Shown one piece after another: positions 10,290 to 21,550 of a DNA stretch of 24,174 nucleotides. Position 1 is the first letter of the stretch. Each line of letters opens with the position of its first letter. The notes beneath the pieces are model-generated. The model made no database searches, was not told where the DNA came from, and saw nothing but the letters and a program-made list of their open reading frames with translations. Origin of the DNA: Octopus sinensis (Eukaryota); assembly GCF_006345805.1 (NCBI RefSeq), contig NW_021836632.1:1-24174 (forward strand), given 5' to 3'. Position numbers and translations under genes: made by a program.

Positions 10290-10575
10290 GTGAAGGCACG
10301 TGTCTAACTGGTTAGTGCATTCGGCTCACGATGTTAAGGTCCTGTGTTCGAATCCTGACGATGCGTAGAGTTCGTGTGCAAGATACTTGATTTCACGTTG
10401 CTCTAGTCTGCTCGGCTGGCAAACATGACCAGTACCTATATTTCAAAAGGTCAGTCTTGATACATTCTCTGTCCCACAGAATCTCCTTTAGAAATACCTT
10501 AAGGGTAGGGTACGCGTGTGACGATCAAGCTTTTTATTTGATGAAGTGGATCCCTCATTGCAGTAACCGACAGTG
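10290..10575 (+). mobile_element. SINE family B (CORE-like subtype), degraded
   Basis: Colinear with 11007-11332: ggttagtgcattcggctcacgat, gttcgaatcc B-box, tttcacgttgctc, gtacctatatttcaaaagg, gtaaccgac. Confidence 0.75.
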
Positions 10576-11006
10576 TATCATTTACTGGTAGGGTAACCGT
10601 TCTTCTATATTAACTTCTGTCCCAGTTCTTCACTATAGACATATAATGTGTTCGAAGCAGATGCCTGTATAGATATGTTTATAAAAGGGATGATGAGGAA
10701 AATGACGTCATCCTGAAAGATGTACCTATTTTTGGTACATTATTTAAATATTCGCTCTGGTTAGTCTTAAATTTTTTTTTTAACCATCAGTTTAAAAAAT
10801 AGTGAAATAAAAGTCCTAAAGAGAAAGTATATATTCTAAAGATGAAATATATCCAACTTCAAAGTTTTGAGAACTAAGCAAAGAGAAATAATTACGATTA
10901 TTTCCGTATTTATTCTTAACATGTTTAGGTAGGTACAGACTCAAAATAGACTTGCCAGTGTAGGTCACGTCATAAGAAAACATCTTCCCTTTTTCTATGA
11001 CAGCGT

Positions 11007-11332
11007 GTGAAGGAACGTGGCCTAGTGGTTAGGGCATTCGGCTCACGATCCTAAGGTCGTGAGTTCAATTCTCAGCGACGCGTTGTGTCCTTGAGCAAGA
11101 CAATTTATTTCACGTTGCTCCAGTCCACTTCGCTAGCAAGGATGAGTAGTACCTGTATTTCAAAAGGACCAGCCTTGTCATATTCTGTGTCATGCTGAAT
11201 CTCCCTGAGAACTACATTAAGGGCACACGTGCTTGTGGAATGCTCAGCCACTTGCACGTTAATTTCACGAGCAAGCTGGTCCATTGATCGTATCAGCTGG
11301 GACCCTTGTCGTCGTAACCGACGGAGTGCTCC
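11007..11332 (+). mobile_element. SINE family B (tRNA-derived head, CORE-like centre)
   Basis: A-box tggcctagtggttagg, B-box gagttcaattc, CORE-like gttgtgtccttgagcaagac, tail cgtcgtaaccgacggagtgctcc; TSD tatgacagcgt (10996-11006) / tatgatagcgt (11334-11344). Confidence 0.85.
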
Positions 11333-11813
11333 TTATGATAGCGTATTCAACACGCGTGGCTAATTAGCCAATGACATTCTGAGACATCGGTATTTCGATA
11401 TGCTGCGACTCGTCAGCCAGATACATACAGAACATTAAGCTTAAAGGACAAAAGGATTTTCTGATCGGTGCTTATATTTGCCAACCGACAAAAGTTTTCC
11501 ATGTGTCTTGTGTACAACGCCACTCGGTACGATTATTCGCGTATTTATTCTTCACACATCTGGAGAGTTTTAGACGGAAAATATGTTGTATATGTCATAG
11601 GAGAATCATAGGAGAATAAGTTCTCCCAATTCGACACATGTCGAAATGTCGCTGTCCCAGAAAGCCGTTTGCCAATGAGCCGAGAGTATTGAATAGACTG
11701 TCAGATGAATATGGTACTTAAATTAAAGGCACCAGAATTTAGCATGGTATTATCTATAAAATTTTAAATAAGGTGATTATAATCAAAACAAGCAACAAGG
11801 ATATCCAGAGGTA

Positions 11814-11902
11814 ATGCAGTAAGATCGTTTCATGCGACTCCATTTAATTAAAAAATGCAAACATAATATCAATTTAAAATGTAGAGCAAACTTCAGCTGC
11901 AT
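11814..11902 (-). ncRNA. Degenerate type I hammerhead ribozyme (left arm)
   Basis: Minus strand: ATGCAG-CTGAAGT-long stem II-GAAAC-GATC-TTA-CTGCAT. Six-bp stem I is intact; core A9 is changed to U and position 16.2 to U. Confidence 0.55.
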
Positions 11903-12004
11903 AAAAATATAGAATTTAGTTAAATTCGAAGGACTCATTTGTATAATTATACAAATGAGTCCACAAATGAGTCCTTCGAATTTAAATAGATTCTATGTTT
12001 TTTG

Positions 12005-12091
12005 TGCAACTGAAGATTGCTCTACATTTTAAATTGATGTAATGTTTCCATTGTTCAATTAAATAGAGTCGCATGAAACGATCGCACTGCC
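12005..12091 (+). ncRNA. Degenerate type I hammerhead ribozyme (right arm)
   Basis: tgcaa-CTGAAGA (12010-12016)-ttgctcta...aattga/tcaatt...tagagtcgcat-GAAAC (12075-12079)-GATC-GCA-ctgc. Core intact; cleavage triad GCA instead of GUA. Confidence 0.6.
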
Positions 12092-12579
12092 TTACCTCTA
12101 CATATCCTTGTTCCTTACTTTGATTATATATGTATATATATATTTTTCACACAGACACACAAGTACTCGCACAAGGTTATGTATGTATTTATGTTATATA
12201 TACAGAGATTTCCGTATATAGATAATATTTAGTGACACACATACGCTTGCACATGCTGGCACTCAAGCATACGCAAACGCACACATACATACACACGCAA
12301 AAAATAAATTTTCCACGCTTCATATCTCAACAACCTAGAAAGCCTACCGATCCAAGATTGAATTGAACTGAAGATCAGAACGTCTACTTCATCCTCTGAA
12401 AATGTCTAACAAACGGTTTCGTTGATTTCTTACTTGTGATGTTTATTCTAATAAACTTACTGCAGTACAAAATAGACGGACAATCCTATGTTGTAAATAG
12501 ATATACACAAACACGCAATAAACATGACACGGAAATTTTTCGAAAGGCATGAGCACTCGAACAAATCTTCTCACCCATA

Positions 12580-12945
12580 CAGACACACGCACACGCATGT
12601 ATACGCATGCACTCACACACACACGCACATACACACTCAAACATGCATACATAAACACAATCAGAAAACCCATATATATATGTGAGAGCGAGTCTAAGCA
12701 TACACACACAAATAATATAATATATTATATATATTATATATATATATTATATATATATATACACATATTCATATATATAATACACATATGCATATATATA
12801 TATATACATGTGTAATATGTTTATATACACAATATACATATACACACACATATATGTACATATATATATATATACTATATACATACATACATGTATATAT
12901 CCATATATATACATATATATATATATATATGGATATATATACATG

Positions 12946-13044
<99 letters not shown>

Positions 13045-13045
13045 T
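12580..13045. repeat. (CA)n and long (TA)n microsatellite field
   Basis: Directly visible; source of the ORF cluster at 12443-13087. Confidence 0.95.
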
Positions 13046-13394
13046 ACTTACATCACATGTTGAACCTGAATAGTCGCCATTAATCAACTACGCCATTTCA
13101 GTCACTTCCATCACGCTTTTATTATTGTTCTGTATAGTATTTGTAATAAATAAATAAACGTCTATTTTTCCCTTCGCCGTCTTCATTTTTCTTTTTCTTT
13201 TTTTTTTCTATTTGATTCCTTTATTTTTCGTCTCTTATTTCTTCTTCCTTTTCTTCATTCATTATCTTACAATATATGGTAATGAAAACACAGAAATAAA
13301 TAAGACAGTTTTAACTTGTTAAAAGATCTACACGATGCACGGTCCCACAAACCTTCTAAATAGGGAAGCTTTTCGTTTTAGCTTCGCGTTTTCT

Positions 13395-13437
13395 TCATCA
13401 TTATCATTATCATTATTATTACTATTAATATTATTAC

Positions 13438-13469
<32 letters not shown>

Positions 13470-13545
13470 TATTATTATTATTATTATTATTACTATTACT
13501 ATTACTATCATTATTATTATTACTATTATTTTTTTTTTTTTTTCA
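13395..13545. repeat. (ATT)n trinucleotide repeat with ATC/ACT variants, ending in poly-T
   Basis: Directly visible; gives the poly-L/poly-Y ORF 13335..13601. Confidence 0.95.
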
Positions 13546-13929
13546 AATATATGAGTGGTGTGTCTTGGTTCTTGAATCTTGGCTTCAGGCTCCGGTACTA
13601 ATGAAGACTATAGATTGCTGTCTTTTGTTTGATGAATGCTTGGGAAATTACATTACCATTTTCCACCTCCGGCTGTCACGAAAACCAATTCTACTGTGAT
13701 GACATAACCCTAATCAGTTATCATTGTCGCTGACTGAAAATTAACCACCTTTATTATCAGCTTCATTGAAACGACACCTACCTACCACACACCGAACAAA
13801 TCAGAGAACTGATACACTTCTATGTGTGTTCCCCTCCCTCATTTCCTTCTGTCTTCACTTTTTCTTCTTTTCTGTATCTCCTTGCCTCCTGCTCTCGCTC
13901 ATATTCTCAATCGCTTTACCTCTGTCTTT

Positions 13930-13947
13930 CCATCTATCTATCTATCA

Positions 13948-13991
<44 letters not shown>

Positions 13992-14116
13992 CTATCTATC
14001 TATCTATTTATCTACCTACCTATCTATCTACTTATCTATGTATGTATGTATGTACGTACGTACGTATGTATGTATGTATGTATGTATGTATGTATGTATG
14101 TATGTATCTATCTATG

Positions 14117-14173
<57 letters not shown>

Positions 14174-14185
14174 GTCTGTCTGTCT
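13930..14185. repeat. (TCTA)n-(TATG)n-(TCTA)n-(TCTG)n compound tetranucleotide repeat
   Basis: Directly visible. Confidence 0.95.
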
Positions 14186-14322
14186 ATTCGTTTGTCTGTC
14201 TTTCACTCAAACACTCATTTCGGACTTCCCCACGCTGTCTTTCAACATTCATCCGCCATATTCTTTCACCCACTCTGTTTATCCCAATCTCCTTTTATTT
14301 CCTTCTCACCTCCTCTCTCTTC

Positions 14323-14355
<33 letters not shown>

Positions 14356-14499
14356 TCGCTCTCTTCTGCAACCTTTCGTTCCGTATCCGAGTCTCTTCCG
14401 CACTCTCTCTCACACTCTCTTCTCCCCTCTCTCCTTCTCTCTCGATCTCCTACTCACAATATATTTGTAGTTAAAAGATAGGTAGATAAATAGATACAC

Positions 14500-14512
<13 letters not shown>

Positions 14513-14556
<44 letters not shown>

Positions 14557-14766
14557 TATATAGATAGATAGATAGATAGGATTTTTAGATAGATAGATAG
14601 ATAGATATAGATAGATAGATAGATAGATCGATAGAAGATAGACAGACAAGATATGCATACATTCCATGTACATGTATTGTATATATAAATATACACAGAT
14701 ACACACAGACACACATATATGCATATATCGAAAAATATATATGATATGGGCGTATGTATGTGTGTA

Positions 14767-14805
<39 letters not shown>

Positions 14806-15400
14806 GTATATATGTGTGTGTATATATATATATATATATGTATACGTATATATGTGTATATATGTATATATACATGCATATATACTCACATACAAGCCCA
14901 CACAGACACACACAAGTATATATATACATACATACACAAAAACCAATCTGGTTCCACTAATGCGACAGCATTATTTATAACTCTACACTTGCATTGACAT
15001 CGTAAACTTCAATATCGTCGTCGGCCAGTTTTACAGATTTGTTTCGATGCTGCTTTCTCTCTTTTTTTTTTATTTCCACTTGACATTACTTTTATTGAAG
15101 GTCAGCGACAATCATACCTGATATCTGAAATAGTTTAACACACCTCAGTGTATATATATATATATATATTTATAAGTATGTATATATATATATGTATATG
15201 TGTGTGTGTATGTATGTATGTGTGAATATATGTATCTATATATGGGTGTGTCTGTGTCTGTAAATGTGTTAGGGATGTTTTATTTAAGAATGCATATGTA
15301 TATGTGTGTCACGTTTGTAATCCACTGATGTTTTTTAGGCAAAGACATATACACCATTTGCCTATATTTTTGTGTATGTATTCAAAGTGCATGCATATAA

Positions 15401-15468
<68 letters not shown>

Positions 15469-15511
15469 AGAGAGAGAAGAGAGAGAGAGAGAATAGATAG
15501 ATTATATAGAT

Positions 15512-15566
<55 letters not shown>

Positions 15567-15596
15567 TATAGATATGTGTGTATTATATATATATTT

Positions 15597-15628
<32 letters not shown>

Positions 15629-15764
15629 GATAGACAGACAGATATGCATACATTCATGTACATGTATATGGTATATATAAATATACACAGATACACACAG
15701 ACAACACATATATGCTATATCGAAAAATATATATGATATATGGGCGTATGTATGTGTGTACGCA

Positions 15765-15814
<50 letters not shown>

Positions 15815-16418
15815 GTTATATGTAGTGTGTATCTATATATATATATATATATGTATACGTATATATGTGTATATATGTATATTACATGCATATATACTCA
15901 CATACAAGCCCACACAGACACACACATATATATATACATACATACACAAAAACCAATCTGGTTCCACTAATGCGGCAGCATTATTTATAACTCTACACTT
16001 GCATTGACATCGTAACTTCAATATCGTCGTCGGCCAGTTTTACAGATTTGTTTCGATGCGGCTTTCTCTCTTGTTTTTTTTTCCACTTGACATTACTTTT
16101 ATTGAAGGTCAGCGACAATCATACCTGATATCTGAAATAGTTTAACACACTCAGTGTATTATATATATATATATATATATATACATATTATATTTATAAG
16201 TATGTATATATATATTGTATGTGTTGTGTGTATGTATGTATGTGTGAATATATGTATCTATATAGTTGTGGTGTGTCGTAAATGTGTTAGGGATGTTTTT
16301 ATTTAAGAATGCATATGTATATGTGTGTCACGTTTGTAATCCACTGATTTTTTTTCGGCAAAGGCATATGCACCATTTGCCTATATTTTTGTGTATGTAT
16401 TCAAGTGCATGCATATAA

Positions 16419-16461
<43 letters not shown>
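14513..16461 (+). repeat. ~1.01-kb direct tandem duplication bounded by (TA)n runs
   Basis: aaccaatctggttccactaatgcg at 14941 and 15951; tatttaagaatgcatatg at 15281 and 16300; breakpoints fall in TA runs near 14513, 15407 and 16426. Confidence 0.9.
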
Positions 16462-16465
<4 letters not shown>

Positions 16466-17680
16466 TTTATATATACACATGCTCATATGCATACAAATAT
16501 ATACACATAGATTCAAACCGATATACATACATGCACACTTACAAACAAACACATACGTTTGCACAAACACATACACACACACACACGCACGCACGTGTAT
16601 GTTGGCGTATATTTATCGAAAGAGTAAACGTGCAGTGTCGTTTACCACTGCAAATGCTCGTTGAACAATGCTGTAATAGTGCTTATGTATGCGTGCGTGA
16701 GCATACATGTGCACGCGCACGTGATCGTCTGTAAACCTGTCTGTATGCATACGTGTACCGGCAAGTCTGTGCGGATGTGTGTTTGCAATGTATCCAAATA
16801 ACCTTGACTTGCATGTTTGTCTTCAGGGAATAGAAACCAGTTTAAGATTAAGTCTTTATTTTTGTCGCTTTCATATACACTTTGTTTAATGATGTACTTA
16901 TATTTCGTTGGTGCACGTTATAGCCTCCCGATCGTGACTGACTGCGATATATTATGAATGCTTTACGGGGAGATGGAAAAACACACATTAAACTTTAGTC
17001 TAAACCCTGTTCTAGGCTGCTGTGGGGCCCTATGCAAGTAAAATATTAACATCGATTTAGTTCTTCTAAATCTTGGTTTGATGTTGTTTGCGTACAAATG
17101 ATGTGTCAATAAGTTTATGCATTTTTCTTGATTTTTATTAAATGCGAAGAAAACTTTGGACTATCAGGCGTAGTTTTTTGCCGTTAAATTGGATCTTTCT
17201 CCATCCTTGTCCTGTTTTCTAGAAGTCAGCAAGTACATCATAATATTTTCACTTGGCGCCAAAAATAACTCTTCAGTCACGCTTGGGAGTTGACTAGACC
17301 TGATCCTAGAGGAAATCGAAAAAATCCTACAGCCAGTTATGCTTATCGTAGTGAGGATAACTTGTCCTCTTGTCAACTTCAAATGTCGTGTAGCAACTGA
17401 TACCGAAACATGGCTAAGCGCCTTACTTTCTCACGGATTTGATAAAATGAATTCAAGTAGATTACTTCATCAGTCAGCAACGTGCACAAGCATATGACTA
17501 TCATAAAATAACAGGTTCCTTATATCCTACGTTGTTATAAGCCCGATAATATTATATAGTGAAAAGTTGCAAAGTATTTTCGCAATCACGCTTATATTAT
17601 TGCAACTGTTGTCTTTTAGAGTCTGCTTTACGAGATATTTAGTCTCTCTGCGACTCTCTGGTAGAAGCTCCTTTTAATAG

Positions 17681-18133
17681 CTATTCGTTAACGAAATTAA
17701 ATTCACCTTTTAAAAACTTGAATTTGATTTTGGTTAAGTTTAGATTTGAGCTGACATCAAACATCTCAATGGTAACAACTTCTGCATCTTTCAGGTTCTT
17801 AGATTCCCAAAATGGGTCATAATGACTGACTTCATGATCATAACATCGAAGTCCAATAGCCTTTCGGAAATCTCTCCCATTCACAGAAACTCTAGGTTGA
17901 GAGGAACTCTTCATGCAAATCGAAAAGTTATCAAGATTGTAAAATGAAGTTCAGACTATTCTCGGGAGTATATATAAATATTTGTAGGCGATTAAGTCTG
18001 GAAAATCTGACAAAGTACACAAGATGCAACCAGTTTTGCAAGACACCAGAAAGTTGTATTTCCCATCTTTGCAATTAACGTAGTTATTAATATTGTAACT
18101 AAAAATAAGGATAATTGATTTTATTGGCACCAT
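17681..18133 (-). other. Unidentified, possibly decayed coding frame (about 150 codons, one internal stop)
   Basis: Track ORFs 17951..18133 and 17681..17914 are in the same frame, separated by one TGA; non-repetitive composition; no family recognised. Confidence 0.25.
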
Positions 18134-18199
18134 TCAACGCCACCAGTAACATAGGGAAAAATAAGTAATATACATATATACATATATAGATATATAGTT

Positions 18200-18385
18200 G
18201 GAATACACAAAAAAAGACGAAAACAGGTGTATAAACAACGCCCGGGGAGGTGAGAAAGCCTTTTACGTTTCGAGCTTACGCTCTTCAACAGAGAGGAACA
18301 CTAAAAAATAAACAGAGAGAGAATACACTGTTTATAGTTCCGTTATAGGGATCAACAAAAGAAGTAATCCATCCAGTAAGAGATA
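18200..18385 (-). mobile_element. Penelope-like element terminal-repeat fragment (ends approximate)
   Basis: Contains a minimal hammerhead motif of the kind associated with Penelope-like elements; no RT or GIY-YIG coding sequence recognised. Confidence 0.5.
18259..18296 (-). ncRNA. Minimal type I hammerhead ribozyme variant
   Basis: Minus strand: CCTCT-CTGTTGA-A-GAGC-GTAA-GCTC-GAAAC-GTA-AAAGG. Stem II GAGC/GCTC with a GNRA loop, palindromic ACGT stem III, GUA triad, stem I 4 of 5 paired; core A6 is U. Confidence 0.6.
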
Positions 18386-18834
18386 AATATAATATAATAT
18401 ACACAAGTCAAAAAGGGTTGCTAACAATTTAACAGTTTCATGCTTTAGAAATACTATAAGCTTATATAGAATGCCATGTATGTCCAAGCGATCTTCCAGG
18501 CTCAGTGCATATCGTCAGATGTATTTAAAAACCAGGACGCTGCTAAATGCGAAAAGATGAGAGAAAAAAGAACGAGAAGAAAAAATGCAAAAGTCGGGTG
18601 GTACAAAAACTGGTTATTGTTTTTTGGTTTTGCTTTCCATTCTTCTCTGATGTTGTCACATTGCCGAGCGTCTTGTTTATTGTTTAGATATATTTGATGG
18701 TATGCATGGGTCCTCATACATGGCATGTTATACAATCTGCCAATTAATTGCTGTATCTTTGAAGTATGAAAGTATTAGTAGCTCTTTGGTAAATTGTGCT
18801 TATTAAAAGATACGTATATACATATTTATATATA

Positions 18835-18902
18835 AATATGTGTGTATGTATGTATGTATGTATGTATGTATGTATGTATGTATGTATTATGTATGTGTAT
18901 AT

Positions 18903-18957
<55 letters not shown>

Positions 18958-18968
18958 ATATATACATA
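18835..18968. repeat. (TATG)n-(CA)n-(TA)n microsatellite
   Basis: Directly visible. Confidence 0.95.
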
Positions 18969-19188
18969 GTGGAGGCGCAATGGCCCAGTGGTTAGGGCAG
19001 CGGACTCGTGGTCATAGGATCGCGGTTTCGATTCCCAGACCGGGCATTGTGAGTGTTTATTGAGCGAAAACACCTAAAAGCTCCACTAGGCTCAGCCACT
19101 TACACGTTAATTTCACGAGCAGGCTGTTCCGTTGATTCGGATCAACCGGAACCCTCATCGTCGTAACCGACGGAGTGCTTCCCCATCC
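18969..19188 (+). mobile_element. SINE family B (second subtype), with ~171-bp internal deletion
   Basis: Near-identical to 22376-22764 but lacks the segment equivalent to 22501-22671; the deletion is at a gctc microhomology. Confidence 0.9.
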
Positions 19189-19228
19189 ATATATATACAT
19201 ATATGTTTTATTTTATTGTGGAATCTTC

Positions 19229-19610
19229 TTTGTGAAACCCTTTATCCCTGCCGTAAGGCTTCATTTCCAAACACACCAGCTTAATTTAATTCGTCCTTAG
19301 TCGAAAGATACTTGTTGTTATGTTCAGTTTATTTGTGTAAAATTCCGTGTTTGTTTTTATATACATTCGCTGCTTTCTTCTAAAGAATCAAACGCTCTTT
19401 GCTTAGTTTTTCCTTGGGGCTGGCCAGAATGGAGCAATCGCAAGTATACTCAGCCGAAATTGCGAAGATAATCTGGTACTTGACTGATGATAGAATACTT
19501 CGAATGACCCGTCCTTGTTTTCTTTGTATCGTCTATCTGGATGAATTGTTGTCCTATTTTGATATCACCTAACTAGTCGGATGTTTTGCGTTCTTGTCCC
19601 ACTTTGTATT

Positions 19611-19612
<2 letters not shown>
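19229..19612. mobile_element. Unclassified interspersed repeat, copy 1
   Basis: Colinear with 20803-21178 (aaggcttcatttcca, gtccttagtcgaaaga, atacattcgctgctttcttc, cttcgaatgacccgtccttgttttc). Confidence 0.8.
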
Positions 19613-19670
<58 letters not shown>

Positions 19671-19673
19671 ATA

Positions 19674-19713
<40 letters not shown>

Positions 19714-19818
19714 AATGTTGTGTGCGTATATATATAAGTGTATACATATATACATGCATCTATCTATATGTATATACATATACACATGCATATAAATATA
19801 TATATATTATATATGTGT

Positions 19819-19856
<38 letters not shown>

Positions 19857-19857
19857 T
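19613..19857. repeat. (TCTA)n-(TA)n-(TG)n microsatellite
   Basis: Directly visible. Confidence 0.95.
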
Positions 19858-20648
19858 TAAATATCATGAATATTCCAGCCATGATACCACATTTATACGT
19901 ATACACCACTATTTATCTCCTGTATATTTTATTACAATATATAAATCTACATTTCCCTCGCAACACCAAACGATTAAAGAATGTCGAGCATTTCACACGT
20001 CGTTCATTTGACTACATAAACAGGAGATCTTCAAATGTATTTCACACAATCATAATCATACATCGCCATTATATCCGACTGAAATTTCATTCTGAAAAGG
20101 AAAATTTTAAAAAAATTAAACAAGAACAAATATTATATATATTCTCGGGAAAAAACTAAAAATCAAATTAGCTAATTTGTATACCATAACAGCTTTATAT
20201 ACAACTGTATAAATGAATAAATGGAAAATGTGATACATATTTTCGTAAAATAGCTATGAAAAAGAAAAAATTAATAATGGAAAAATTGAACATTTCCAAA
20301 GTTAATATGCTATCTAAAGTATAAAACTTTAGAGTACCTATATTAGAGGCTTTTAAAGTAGTTACCGCCTGCCGTTTGTACGTATACATACACACACATG
20401 CACGTACATATGCAAACCCACACAGGCACAATCGCACATACACACACACACATATATATACATCGTTGAAAGGGTGATAAACTGAGGTATTCGTCTTAAG
20501 ATAGCATTCTTATAGACGCGTACCTACTTTAAGTATGATGTGCAGAGTGTTGTTTTGAATTACTATTGCGTCTGTCGCTCATATTTTATTCAGCTAGCCG
20601 GGCTATTTCCTAGACAATGAATTTTCAATCACTATTTTACATTATCAA

Positions 20649-20687
<39 letters not shown>

Positions 20688-20802
20688 TTCTGTCCCTCTG
20701 CTTCTACTTCTCTCTCCTCTCTTCCCACGTGACCGATTGGCCAACCTGCTCTTTCTTCTTGGTCTGACCGTGCTCCGTGCAACATCGATATTCTTCCCTG
20801 TG

Positions 20803-21175
20803 TTTGTGAAATCCTTGCATCTCTGCCATAAGGCTTCATTTCCACACGCGCCAGCTTAATTCAATCCGTCCTTAGTCGAAAGAAACCAGTTGTTATTTCC
20901 TGATATCATTTTTTTCCGTACTTGGTTTTGTATACATTCGCTGCTTTCTTCCAAGGAATCAAATGCTCTTAGCTTAGTATTTCCTTGGGGCTGTCCAGAT
21001 TGGAGCAATCTCCTGAATATTCAGCTGAAATTGCGAGGATAATCTGGATCTTGACTGAAGATAAAAAACTTCGAATGACCCGTCCTTGTTTTCTCTGTAT
21101 CGTTTATCTGGATGTTTTGTTGTTTCCTTTTTGCATCACCTAGTTTTCTGGATGTTTTGAATTCGTGTCCTATTT

Positions 21176-21178
<3 letters not shown>
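20803..21178. mobile_element. Unclassified interspersed repeat, copy 2 (may extend left to ~20690)
   Basis: Homologous to 19229-19612 in the same orientation, roughly 80% identical by eye. Confidence 0.8.
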
Positions 21179-21212
<34 letters not shown>

Positions 21213-21263
21213 TAAATTTAACAATGTCGGTAGGCAAACGGTGATGGGAGACAAATACAGACG

Positions 21264-21477
21264 AGGGCGGCGAGCTGGCAGAATCGTTAGCACGCCGGGC
21301 GAAATGCGTAGCCGTATTTCGTCTGCCGTTACATTCTGAGTTCAAATTCCGCCGAGGTTGACTTTGCCTTTCGTCCTTTCGGGGTCGATAAATTAAGTAC
21401 CAGCTACGTACTTAATCCGTTTGTCTGTCCTTGTTTGTCCCCTCTATGTTTAGCCCCTTGTGGGTAGTAAAGAAATA
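21264..21477 (+). mobile_element. SINE family A, tail variant A, small internal deletion
   Basis: agggcggcgagctggcagaatcgttagcac...gagttcaaattcc...gggtagtaaagaaata; 17-bp TSD gggagacaaatacagac (21246-21262) / gggagaaaaatacagac (21479-21495). Confidence 0.9.
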
Positions 21478-21550
21478 AGGGAGAAAAATACAGACACAAA
21501 CACATACACACACACACACACACAGACATACACACACACATACACACATT

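Larger units (their letters stand above)
11778..12128. repeat. 351-bp inverted repeat with essentially no loop; probably two opposed Penelope-like terminal repeats
   Basis: Arms 11778-11946 and 11947-12128, about 20 mismatches by eye. Perfect 32-bp central palindrome ggactcatttgtataa|ttatacaaatgagtcc (11931-11962); 12-bp duplication acaaatgagtcc in the right arm. Confidence 0.95.

Noticed and set aside
10703-10710. Perfect CRE palindrome TGACGTCA
   Set aside because: A single 8-mer with no promoter context or gene nearby; compatible with chance.
12366-12410. CTGAAGA...GAAA...GTC and similar CTGATGA hits near 2755, 6106 and 17470 (minus)
   Set aside because: Stems I and III do not form; expected chance matches.
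18971-19045. tRNA-like sequences at SINE heads (also 11010, 22378)
   Set aside because: They continue into SINE bodies and lack a proper acceptor stem; not tRNA genes.
19484-19515. CTGATGA / CTGAAGA motif (also at ~21055) as a hammerhead
   Set aside because: No GAAA at the right position and no stem I complementarity.
20690-21178. Long minus-strand frame (~160 codons, two stops) across the unclassified repeat
   Set aside because: Both stops are also present in the other copy (19229-19612), so they are probably ancestral and the frame is unlikely to be coding.
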